Of a DNA stretch of 64,000 nucleotides, positions 9,501 through 16,900 are shown one piece after another. Origin of the DNA: a virus; IMG/VR virus record IMGVR_UViG_3300031823_000003, positions 22,325-86,324 of that record; one strand, 5' to 3'. Under the pieces are notes generated by a model. The model ran no database searches, was not told the origin of the DNA, and worked only from the letters and a program-made list of their open reading frames with translations. A program made the position numbers and the translations under genes. Numbering within the stretch: the first letter of the stretch is position 1; every line of letters starts with the position of its first letter.

Positions 9501-9923
9501 GTCATAATGGAAAGTGAAGGGGGTAGCCGACCCAAAACACGTATTCACTAGAACCGAATATCGATTGCCACTAAGCCCAGAGGCAATTGCAGTATAGGGG
9601 CCTTGCGTGTCATTTGCTCTACGCCAAAGCGTACCATTAGAGAGCGCAGCGTACCTATAAGTGCTGCCGTTTAATCCCCGCATACGAGCCAACACCATAG
9701 GAGCCGAAGGTAAAAAATAATTTGTTCCAGATGGAGTACCGTCTGGCGATCTGTTGATAATAGTGCTGCCAAATCTGCTGCTTAGACCATTTTCCTCTCT
9801 CTCTAGAACACTATTCATATTCAAATAACAATGAGGTGGTGTTTGATCTGTGACGTTACGAGCAATAAGGCCAGTGCTCTTAAAAATCCACGATTTTGAT
9901 TCGTATTTTGTATCGCTGGCCAT
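6504..9923 (-). CDS. Large tail protein, probable nozzle/stabilisation protein (tail tubular B / P22 gp10-like role)
   Basis: ~1139 aa, beta-rich, start MASDTK at 9923; C-terminal LQTPFLDFGAPNNQKQIQNL motif typical of podovirus nozzle proteins; follows the adaptors. Confidence 0.65.
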   Translation of the reverse strand: MASDTKYESKSWIFKSTGLIARNVTDQTPPHCYLNMNSVLEREENGLSSRFGSTIINRSPDGTPSGTNYFLPSAPMVLARMRGLNGSTYRYAALSNGTLWRRANDTQGPYTAIASGLSGNRYSVLVNTCFGSATPFTFHYDSLNPLKDNGTGSPTSIGIAPPVVPITAIQYAPQISLIDSFQSASGYGVSGVLSTAATVAGTSATPILSGNYDQYTDATLSYSAAPDGMLALSGTLADAALRLKFNTNRANNTYDIVALNNAYSPTDSFVFKQVQFTFASNSTTNVGKTVALNFGKYNPADLIVLVMKVSNPAAVQQISVQFDVNGSGYTANYYSKTIVPVSYQGNISLPQTNDPTTAMVNEVFSLATGITNVQQLGQPTNLPGNDPTLPQIQPSQMSSGQGSWSVIYMQLGDFLPVGNAGTPGNDWSAITGWQVQVVTNTQGSTTIAFNGLYIQGNPTASGVGTNAGASSYGGVGYDFRYTYYDATTMTESNGCWEAMFSITPSNPGGESTLVPLRQAINLSGQYSPNPRVTHVRVYARGGLYGNNWYYADQFPNVTGTGTFSYQYILPDSALSQGNILNLQNDVPVTSTLQNPIATTLTGALAPAPAGTNFPTLVTVNVTNATATFLVGQIVVIGTPQNLEQAFVVAGGTGTFTCYIFLPHAIGEQVQVFSKPAVACNLAASGYGQTWLAGDPNNPHLLYYTPRGYPENCPPQNYIPSPGGPSDPISAVYNFRGTIFVRTFSSHYQVFPGSPPYMQSTGSKHGSPASFDWSITENEVYEQSFDGIRAFSGSLADYRSLIIEWLYRNNPLTPVPLVNLSLLGNVVSAFKNNTVTFVYTGIDGNQHRLRWSQSYKRWRNDDVAATAILAEEDTNQLVYSIPITAGSQSGWAIVYEDITKDYDDGGWVGGALVKIPIALNLQTPFLDFGAPNNQKQIQNLAIDANPNNQTLTVQLQFDDNNGSVPPITLGTLTGTIRTKYQFDINSGDGVEAYRTSLVITGSVTAAPIIYQADIEIAVLPEQRATYDSYFVKWGSDESKLVKQIYIDYTASLPVVVSFFADGSSVPYYTLTLPANPNRIEVPVRERLPAMKLRLFRVIMASTSPNPADNDLQIWAPIVVEQKPVIGPGSKGYQRSELVSG

Positions 9924-9975
9924 GTTAAAATGATTCCAGTGCGGCCTGACCCGCACGTCCTATGGGAGTAGGAAC

Positions 9976-10719
9976 ATGCGCCTGAGTAAACAGGTTGTCA
10001 AGCCGCGATTCGATTCTAGCAACTATCGCACACACAAGGACAAGGATAATAATCGTTACAACGAATGCCCATCCTGTAAAGGCACAAAGCGAAAGGATGC
10101 CGAACTCTGCTGGAACTGCAAAATGTGGAGTCGGCGACCCCCAATAATCTATCGTACATTCGTAGTGAGTGGCGCGGCTTGTCGCCTTATTCCCCTTACT
10201 AGAGGTCAATACGCATTGGTATATAAAATTGACTATGAATGGCTGATGAAAAAGCCGTGGGTGGCCGCTTGGAATCCATCCACAGAAACATATTACGCAG
10301 TAACAGCTAACGATAATCCCGGCAAACCCGGCATAAGAATGAACGTACTCATTGCCGGAAAGGTTGGATATAGAGTCGTTCATCACCACAACCACGATAC
10401 GCTGGATAATCGTCGGAGCAACCTTAAACCGTGTACACACTCGCAGAATTCTATGAGTCGTAAAATTCACTCCAACAATACCAGTGGGTATAGAGGAGTG
10501 TCTTTTGATAAGTCTTCTGGCAAGTGGATGGTTCAAATTGGAACTGCCGGAAAAAGGAACCAAGGACGGTATAAGTCTGCCATAGAGGCTGCAAGACTGT
10601 ATGACAAACTTGCGATAAAACTTTATGGGGAATTCGCCATGCTTAATTTTCCTGTTAAGCACACAACCCTCGTAAGGATAAAAATACTAGCGCGTATGGA
10701 ACAACGAGTCCAAAACTGA
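9976..10719 (+). CDS. Free-standing HNH endonuclease with C-terminal AP2 domain (homing-type)
   Basis: HHNHDTLDNRRSNLKPCTHSQN HNH motif; NTSGYRGVSFDK..KWMVQI..AIEAARLYDKLAIKLYGEFAMLNF AP2 motif; opposite strand and more AT-rich. Confidence 0.9.
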   Translation: MRLSKQVVKPRFDSSNYRTHKDKDNNRYNECPSCKGTKRKDAELCWNCKMWSRRPPIIYRTFVVSGAACRLIPLTRGQYALVYKIDYEWLMKKPWVAAWNPSTETYYAVTANDNPGKPGIRMNVLIAGKVGYRVVHHHNHDTLDNRRSNLKPCTHSQNSMSRKIHSNNTSGYRGVSFDKSSGKWMVQIGTAGKRNQGRYKSAIEAARLYDKLAIKLYGEFAMLNFPVKHTTLVRIKILARMEQRVQN

Positions 10720-10760
10720 GGTAGTCGTCCACTGTTATATCACGGTATTATTTTCGTCCT

Positions 10761-11915
10761 CTATTTGCGCCCTGCACCCGCTATCTGTTGCTGGGATTGT
10801 CCGCCCATGCTGCCTGCCCATCCAGTCCAGCGCCGGGAGATAGCGACACCTCTGTCGTAGCGGGCCTTTGCATACGCCTGTAACTGTGGACTGCGTTGCT
10901 CGCCATCTTTGCTCCATGCGAATTCCAGCGCTTTGTATTTCACGTAGTGCAGCATTGGATCGGGTACCAAGAAACCATCTGTCATAGCCAGCACATCGGT
11001 ATCTCGAATAGAGCACAATATTTCTACAGGGAAATTAGACGACGGCTGGCCATTCAATCCAAAAGTATAAAGTCCAACACGGTCCTCGTAAAAGGACGAT
11101 AAGCGCGTGATGAACCGATCTCGCCAGAAAGGGTCCTGCATCGACAGTTCTTCCTGTGACACTTCGAGCAGCCTCAGCCACAGTCCCGCATATCCGCCGC
11201 CGCTGACACTTTCATTTGCTCCTGATTGCGAATATGTCCAGTGCGTAGAATCGACGATTGCGCCGACTGTGAATGCGCCATTGAACCCCGGATCAGGAGC
11301 TTGCAGTATGGCGAACTTTTCGCCGACAGTCATACCATGAGGGGATATGGACGCAGCGGTCACGGTGCCACCAGAGCGGGTGAGAGACGCGAGAGCGATA
11401 TTCTGATAGGACGATGCGATGCGAGCTATGCTGACACTATCGCAGACGAGAGGTTGCAACACCTGCCCAACCTGCACTGTCTGAGTGTTGAGCGCGTAGA
11501 TCATCGGAACGTCCGTCAAAAAGGTATTCTGGGCGCGGGCAATGTACGACAGTATCTCGGACTGTGTGTAAAACTGATCCCCTAATGCCGCTTGCGTAGG
11601 GAACGTGGCACCGATTAGTTGTACGCCGGATGCATGCGGTACCGAGAACGTGGCGGTGATCGTCGGCGGGACACTGGCGGCATTGAACGCTGTGACTGTG
11701 ACGATCTCTTGGGAGAGGCCGATGTCAATGACAAGCTGAGCGCCGACATAAACGGCAGGCACGGGATAGCCCAGAGTCGGGACTTGAATCGTTGCCGGGC
11801 CGGGAGCGGCAACAGCAGAAGAGGTAGTAGTGTAGAGCCACGGTTCCACCAGCGCGAACCCAATCTCCAGCATCATCGACCAGACGGTCCGGTAGCCCAA
11901 GCCGGGAAAGGCCAT
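10761..11915 (-). CDS. Head-tail adaptor/tail ring-like protein with inserted beta modules
   Basis: YTQSEILSYIARAQ and VPDPMLHYVKYKALEFAWSKDG adaptor-like helices; FCCH-like insert. Confidence 0.6.
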   Translation of the reverse strand: MAFPGLGYRTVWSMMLEIGFALVEPWLYTTTSSAVAAPGPATIQVPTLGYPVPAVYVGAQLVIDIGLSQEIVTVTAFNAASVPPTITATFSVPHASGVQLIGATFPTQAALGDQFYTQSEILSYIARAQNTFLTDVPMIYALNTQTVQVGQVLQPLVCDSVSIARIASSYQNIALASLTRSGGTVTAASISPHGMTVGEKFAILQAPDPGFNGAFTVGAIVDSTHWTYSQSGANESVSGGGYAGLWLRLLEVSQEELSMQDPFWRDRFITRLSSFYEDRVGLYTFGLNGQPSSNFPVEILCSIRDTDVLAMTDGFLVPDPMLHYVKYKALEFAWSKDGEQRSPQLQAYAKARYDRGVAISRRWTGWAGSMGGQSQQQIAGAGRK

Positions 11916-11927
11916 ACGCTGAGAGTA

Positions 11928-12317
11928 TTACACAGCGGCAGGCACAGGTGCTACAGTTTGCTTCGCCTGCTCCGTGTCGGCTTCATCATCGTCTTTCCAA
12001 TCAGCGGGCTGGTTGACTGCAAAGTATCCCGTCGAGCCACACGGGTTGCAGGCGGAATGATGCGGGACATCCCCGCCACCGAATGCCGCTGCCGATCCCT
12101 TATAGATGCCGTCGCCGCCACAGTTCGTGCAGATGGCAACGAATCCCCGGCCAAGGCAGACTGTGCATGCCCGCCCCAGTGTCATACGCTCGGCGCGCAC
12201 GGCATCGGCGACAGCGGATGGACGGTTGCCGAGAGCACATTGCGGGCAACGGGAAATTTTGCCGCGATATTTTCGGAGGTCCAAAGTATTGTCATTGATT
12301 TGAAGCACGGTGGTCAC
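11928..12317 (-). CDS. DnaJ-type zinc-finger protein
   Basis: CPQC, CTVCLGRG, CTNCGGDG, CNPCGSTG. Confidence 0.75.
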   Translation of the reverse strand: MTTVLQINDNTLDLRKYRGKISRCPQCALGNRPSAVADAVRAERMTLGRACTVCLGRGFVAICTNCGGDGIYKGSAAAFGGGDVPHHSACNPCGSTGYFAVNQPADWKDDDEADTEQAKQTVAPVPAAV

Positions 12318-12466
12318 CTCATTTTATCGGACGGATATGCCCGGCTCCATCTCCCGGTCGGGCACTTCACCCACCATCCGTCAGCGCGTTCAACATAAAC
12401 ATGCTTATGCTGAAAACATTGACGGCACAGCGGGCATTGATACTCTTCGGTGTGTTCACAAGCCAT
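12314..12466 (-). CDS. Small Cys/His-rich protein
   Basis: MACEH..CPLCRQC..C; ATGA overlap with the next gene. An alternative ORF 12367-12558 exists. Confidence 0.45.
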   Translation of the reverse strand: MACEHTEEYQCPLCRQCFQHKHVYVERADGWWVKCPTGRWSRAYPSDKMR

Positions 12467-12559
12467 AAGTACCAATCGAATTGAAATCGAACCTGCGGGC
12501 CGTTCCAAGCTGGATGCCATTGCAAGTGGTTCCGTTTCCAGCGGATAGCACCAAGCATA

Positions 12560-12846
12560 CCGAGCGAAGGCGAAGCTAAGGAATACCGGGGCCGAGACAG
12601 TGTGCGTGTCTTAACACGTAGTAACCCCCTCCGCTTCTTTCTCCCGATGATTCGACCCGACCGTCCCTGCTCCAGACGGCCAGCACCCTACGGCCCGCAT
12701 ATTCAGCAGAGTCACGATTATGCCACGCTCTTGTCGGCGGCTTTGTACCCGGTTTTCGCTAGGCTACGAGGTTCCTTGTCCCTCATGGGGATTTGACCCC
12801 AATTCGACAGTGTTTCTCGCCGGTTGTTGGTGAGACCGTCGCTCCT
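12560..12846 (-). ncRNA. Candidate structured non-coding RNA (strand inferred from operon)
   Basis: Gap with no convincing ORF and at least six tandem hairpins; no known family recognised. Confidence 0.35.
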
Positions 12847-13896
12847 CTACCGTTTGACGATTTGATTCGTCCCGGCCATTATACCGAAGTCACGACTAAA
12901 GACGAGATTATCTCGTCTATCCTGTATTTCGCTCATTCTTGCCGCGATCTGATAGAACTCCGCGAGCATCGGCAGAGCGTTATGTAGCTCGGAAGTCCCC
13001 TCTTTTAGCCTGAGTAGAACGCTGGCATACATCTCCAAAGCCTGAAAATAGTTATGCTCGAACGGGACAGTTTCCGCACCTGTATACGGAAATGGCGCAG
13101 CAACCGGATAGGCGACGGCGTTGACCGCTACTTGTTGCGTGGCATTGGCTGCCGGATGCACCACGAATATATTCAGTCCGATCGGTGCCCAGCGAACAGG
13201 GGTGCTCGCTGAGTCGCATTCCCAGTCAGACCCGGACGCAAACTGCTCATAGTCTAAACTGAATAGGCTGACCTTTCTCAGCGGCGACTGCGGCCCATAC
13301 ACATCGGTCAATGCGAGCATTCCTTTCGGCAGGTATTGCCAGACGCTATTCGGATTGAGATTGAATATCGACTGCACGATCATCGTGGGACGACCCACTA
13401 ACAACATAAGTTCATTGAGCGCTTCAACGATTGCTGTGAAAATTTCCAGTTGCAGATTCCAGAACACGGGCGGGTTGCTCTCTTCCAGCCGCTGAATAAC
13501 GTTCTGCGCGAGCACGCTGATCGGCACATTACAACTGGCATTCGCTGGAGTTGCCAGTCCCGACTGCATGATGCCGTTGGCAAACTGGATGAAATACACA
13601 ACTGCATTAGGCGCACTCACTAACAGTTGCGTCGGCAGTCCCGATACCGTTGGCGATACCGGGTCAACATGCAACACTCCCTGCATACCGCCAGATTGAG
13701 ATGGACTTGGCAGCACGACCAGATGCCAAGTGGTGCCTGTCACCGCATCGTTAATCAGCATCCCCGGCAGGGCGCTAAATCCCGCTGCCGGAGATAATCC
13801 TGTGGTCGTGACGATGCCATTGTTTGACACCCCGATCAGCCATGTAGTGCCATCAAGAGCTTGCAGATACGTCGGATTAGGGATAGGGATGCTCAT
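12847..13896 (-). CDS. Head-tail adaptor-like protein
   Basis: VIQRLEE..FWNLQLEIFTAIVEALNEL and VPFEHNYFQALEMYA adaptor-like segments. Confidence 0.55.
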   Translation of the reverse strand: MSIPIPNPTYLQALDGTTWLIGVSNNGIVTTTGLSPAAGFSALPGMLINDAVTGTTWHLVVLPSPSQSGGMQGVLHVDPVSPTVSGLPTQLLVSAPNAVVYFIQFANGIMQSGLATPANASCNVPISVLAQNVIQRLEESNPPVFWNLQLEIFTAIVEALNELMLLVGRPTMIVQSIFNLNPNSVWQYLPKGMLALTDVYGPQSPLRKVSLFSLDYEQFASGSDWECDSASTPVRWAPIGLNIFVVHPAANATQQVAVNAVAYPVAAPFPYTGAETVPFEHNYFQALEMYASVLLRLKEGTSELHNALPMLAEFYQIAARMSEIQDRRDNLVFSRDFGIMAGTNQIVKR

Positions 13897-13908
13897 GCCA
13901 GCGTGATT

Positions 13909-16900
13909 CTAGTGATCCGTCCAAGTCTCAATCCATCCGAAATCCGCCTGCGCCGCCACGCTGGCGCTGCCGTTGTTGGTGATGAACTCTCCGGCGCGCA
14001 GAGTCGCTGTAGGCAGAGTCGTAGTGATCGGCGAGCTACATTTCGATACGCCGTCGATGTAGAAGTACCACTTGGAGTTCGCCGTGTCTTCGCGGATATC
14101 AAACACATGCGGCGTGCCCGCTACCACGGCAACGCCGCTATCAACTTGAGTCTGGGTTCCAGTCCCGCCAGCATTGGTGGTACATAGAAAATCAGTCGAA
14201 CTAACTGCGCTGGTAGACGAGTAGGTGAAAGCCGCGCAGTGAAACGTCGAGCAGGTATCCGTACCGCCTATATTCGCGGTAGTTGTGTTCGTGAATCCCA
14301 GCCACCAGCGTGTGGTTGCTAGAGTGCCTACCGCCGCATAGGCATTGAACCAGATGTTCACGGCTCCCGGTATGTAGACGGCTGACCCGTTGACGTTGGA
14401 TACGTTTCCGTTTGTAACAGTAGTCAGGCAGGCCAGCATCTGACTGGCTGTGGATGTCGGCACAATAGCGCTGGAAGTCGAGCAAGTGATAGCCAGCGCA
14501 TCATTGTTCAAGAGAACCGAAGAGGTTGCCGCGCCGCCCGCATATGTCGTCCAGCGATGGTAGCGCAGCGCCTGCGATCCCGGCATGTAATACATGCCGT
14601 TCAGCGTGCCGTTCTGGGAAATCACGCGGTTATTGGAGACTGTGGCTTCCACTGAGTTGCCAGCGACGCTGGCTGCCGGGAGCGCGTTCAATGGGCTGTT
14701 GGTCAGTGTGTCTGTGAAAGTGTTGACCCCGGAGCCGCCGACCAAGGCAGTGCCCCACTGGCCGGTGACTGAGGGCGCACCCGTCGCCGTGCTCCATGTC
14801 CATTTGAGATCGAACGTATGAGCGATTGTGGTGTTGATCGCTGTAGTACCAGAAACCGCTAGCGACCCGCCATTTAACGTAATGGTGGTTGTGTTCGTGG
14901 GCAGCAGTTGCACCGGGCAGCCAAACGCATATGTCCCGCTGACGCCCGCCGTGTAAGTGGTCAACTGGCACTGCACCGACCAGCTGCCATTGGTGACCGC
15001 AGTGCTGGGAACAGAGAACGCTCCCGTGGTGGCGATCTGTGCGCCATCGACGAACGCAGCAATGGTTACTGTGCCCGTATAAGAGGCTGGCAAAGTATAA
15101 ATGCCTCCGATGTCTATGTTGAGCGGGGAAGTGGCGACCAAGTTACCGGCGGGGATTGTCTGTGCGCCGCCCAGCATGGAAGTTGCAGTCGTACCTGTAT
15201 TGGTAGTCGCGATAGTGACATTGAACGCGGAAGAACCGATGCCGATTATCGCGCATCCCGAACAGGACGTGACCGTAAGAGCGCCCATCTTGACGTTGCC
15301 GCTGGTGTTACCCTGCGCACCGTTGCCGATGTCGAGAGTCCCGGCGGATTCGCGTGAGATGCCCACGTCATTGACTCCGCTGCCGTTCGTCCAACCCAGC
15401 ACTCCGCTGGTCGTGATATTGCTGTCAAACACTGTCCCCGGCCCCGACTGGTCGCCGGCGTAGGTGACATCGAAGTCCCATTGGGAAGCGGAGTCCAGGA
15501 AATAGATATTCCCGGTGATGTTGTTGTTGAATACTTCCGTGCAGTGATGGCCCCCGTTGATCCGGCCTGCGACATGCATGCGGCCCTGGTTATTGGCGAC
15601 TGTGTGGTAGAGGCCGATACAGTCCGCGACGGCTGGCCCGACGTTCCATGCCAGGTTGGGCGCTTCCAGATTGCGCACGTTCTGCACCGCCATGTACTCG
15701 GAACCGGGCTGCTGCGCGGCGTTGCCTTCGATATAGCTGTTGTCGATGTGGATGTTGTTAAGCGTGCTGCCGCGTCCGGCTGCGCCATTGAGATCAATAA
15801 AGCAGCCGTTGCCGCCGACGCATCCCCAGTGGGCGCTACCCGTGGTGGTAATCGGCCATCCGGCGACTGTGGTGACATAGAGCACGGTGGATGTGGGATC
15901 GACAGCCAAAGAACTGCAACCCAGATAGGATGGCCCACATATCGTGGCCGCGACGCCATTTACCCAGAATAATTCCCCGGTGTGAGCGGTATTGAAATTA
16001 AAAGTCGAACCGCCGTTGAGCGTAACCTGATTGCAGTTCGTGCCACAGTTGACGGTAGTGACCTTTTCCGTCATCGTTACGCCGCACATGGTCACACCGT
16101 CGAACACGCCCATACAGCCGTCGCCGCCATTCAGGTTGGTAAATACATATCCATCCCCGGAACCGCCCGCTCCTCCGAACACCGCGTAGTCGATGGAGTT
16201 GACCTTGCCGCCGGAATAGGACTTTGAGTTGTCAAGGCGCACGTTGTTGTTGTCTGCGACTGACCCGCTGGTGGCGTCTTCAAAGGTCCAATTGATTGTA
16301 TTGGCGATGCCTTGGATATTGACGTTACGGATGTCTGTATTGCCCTCGACGGCGTTGATGCACACGATTCCGCAGGTGATGACTGACGTGTTGGTGGGCG
16401 CGATCTGCAAGCCGCTCATGTTGAATGAGGTTTGCAGGCCGGTGGTGACGGAATTGGTGATGACGGCGGTGCCGGTGAAGCCGATGGTGGTGGTGATAAG
16501 AGTGCCCGAGCTTAGATTTCCTGGCGAGTAACCGACTAGATTTCCGTTTTGCCCGATGGAGAAACAGGCGCCAGCCGTAGTGTTACATTGAATATTAGCA
16601 CCATGCAGATACATCGTGACCGACTGCGTTGTAGAACCGATGACCACATTCGTGGCCGTAACAGGCGTAGAAGAGAGCGGAGCATCAATATGAACGTTGC
16701 AGGGCAGCGTGGGAGTAATATTGCATAGTGCCTGCATGGAATCAACCGTGAAGCCGGGGAAGAGAACAGAGTGAAACTCCGGAATCTGCGTTTTAAGCCC
16801 GCCCACCCCACCGCCGATCGGCTTCCCCTGCGTGAGGGTAGTATTCGTTTCAGGCACAGTGAGCGTCTCACCCGAGGCATTGAGTTGCCGCGTCCAGTTG

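Noticed and set aside
9925-10662. 245-aa minus-strand ORF
   Set aside because: Antisense shadow of the HNH-AP2 gene, which has clear motifs.
12583-12599. 16/17 match (ATACCGGGGCCG[A/T]GACA) to 58545-58561, which would let the minus-strand ncRNA candidate pair with the start region of the 58556 gene
   Set aside because: A few matches of this quality are expected by chance in 64 kb, and there is no independent support.
12786-12801. GGGGTCAAATCCCC (minus strand) resembling a tRNA T-arm
   Set aside because: No acceptor stem, D-arm or anticodon arm could be built; kept only as part of the ncRNA candidate.
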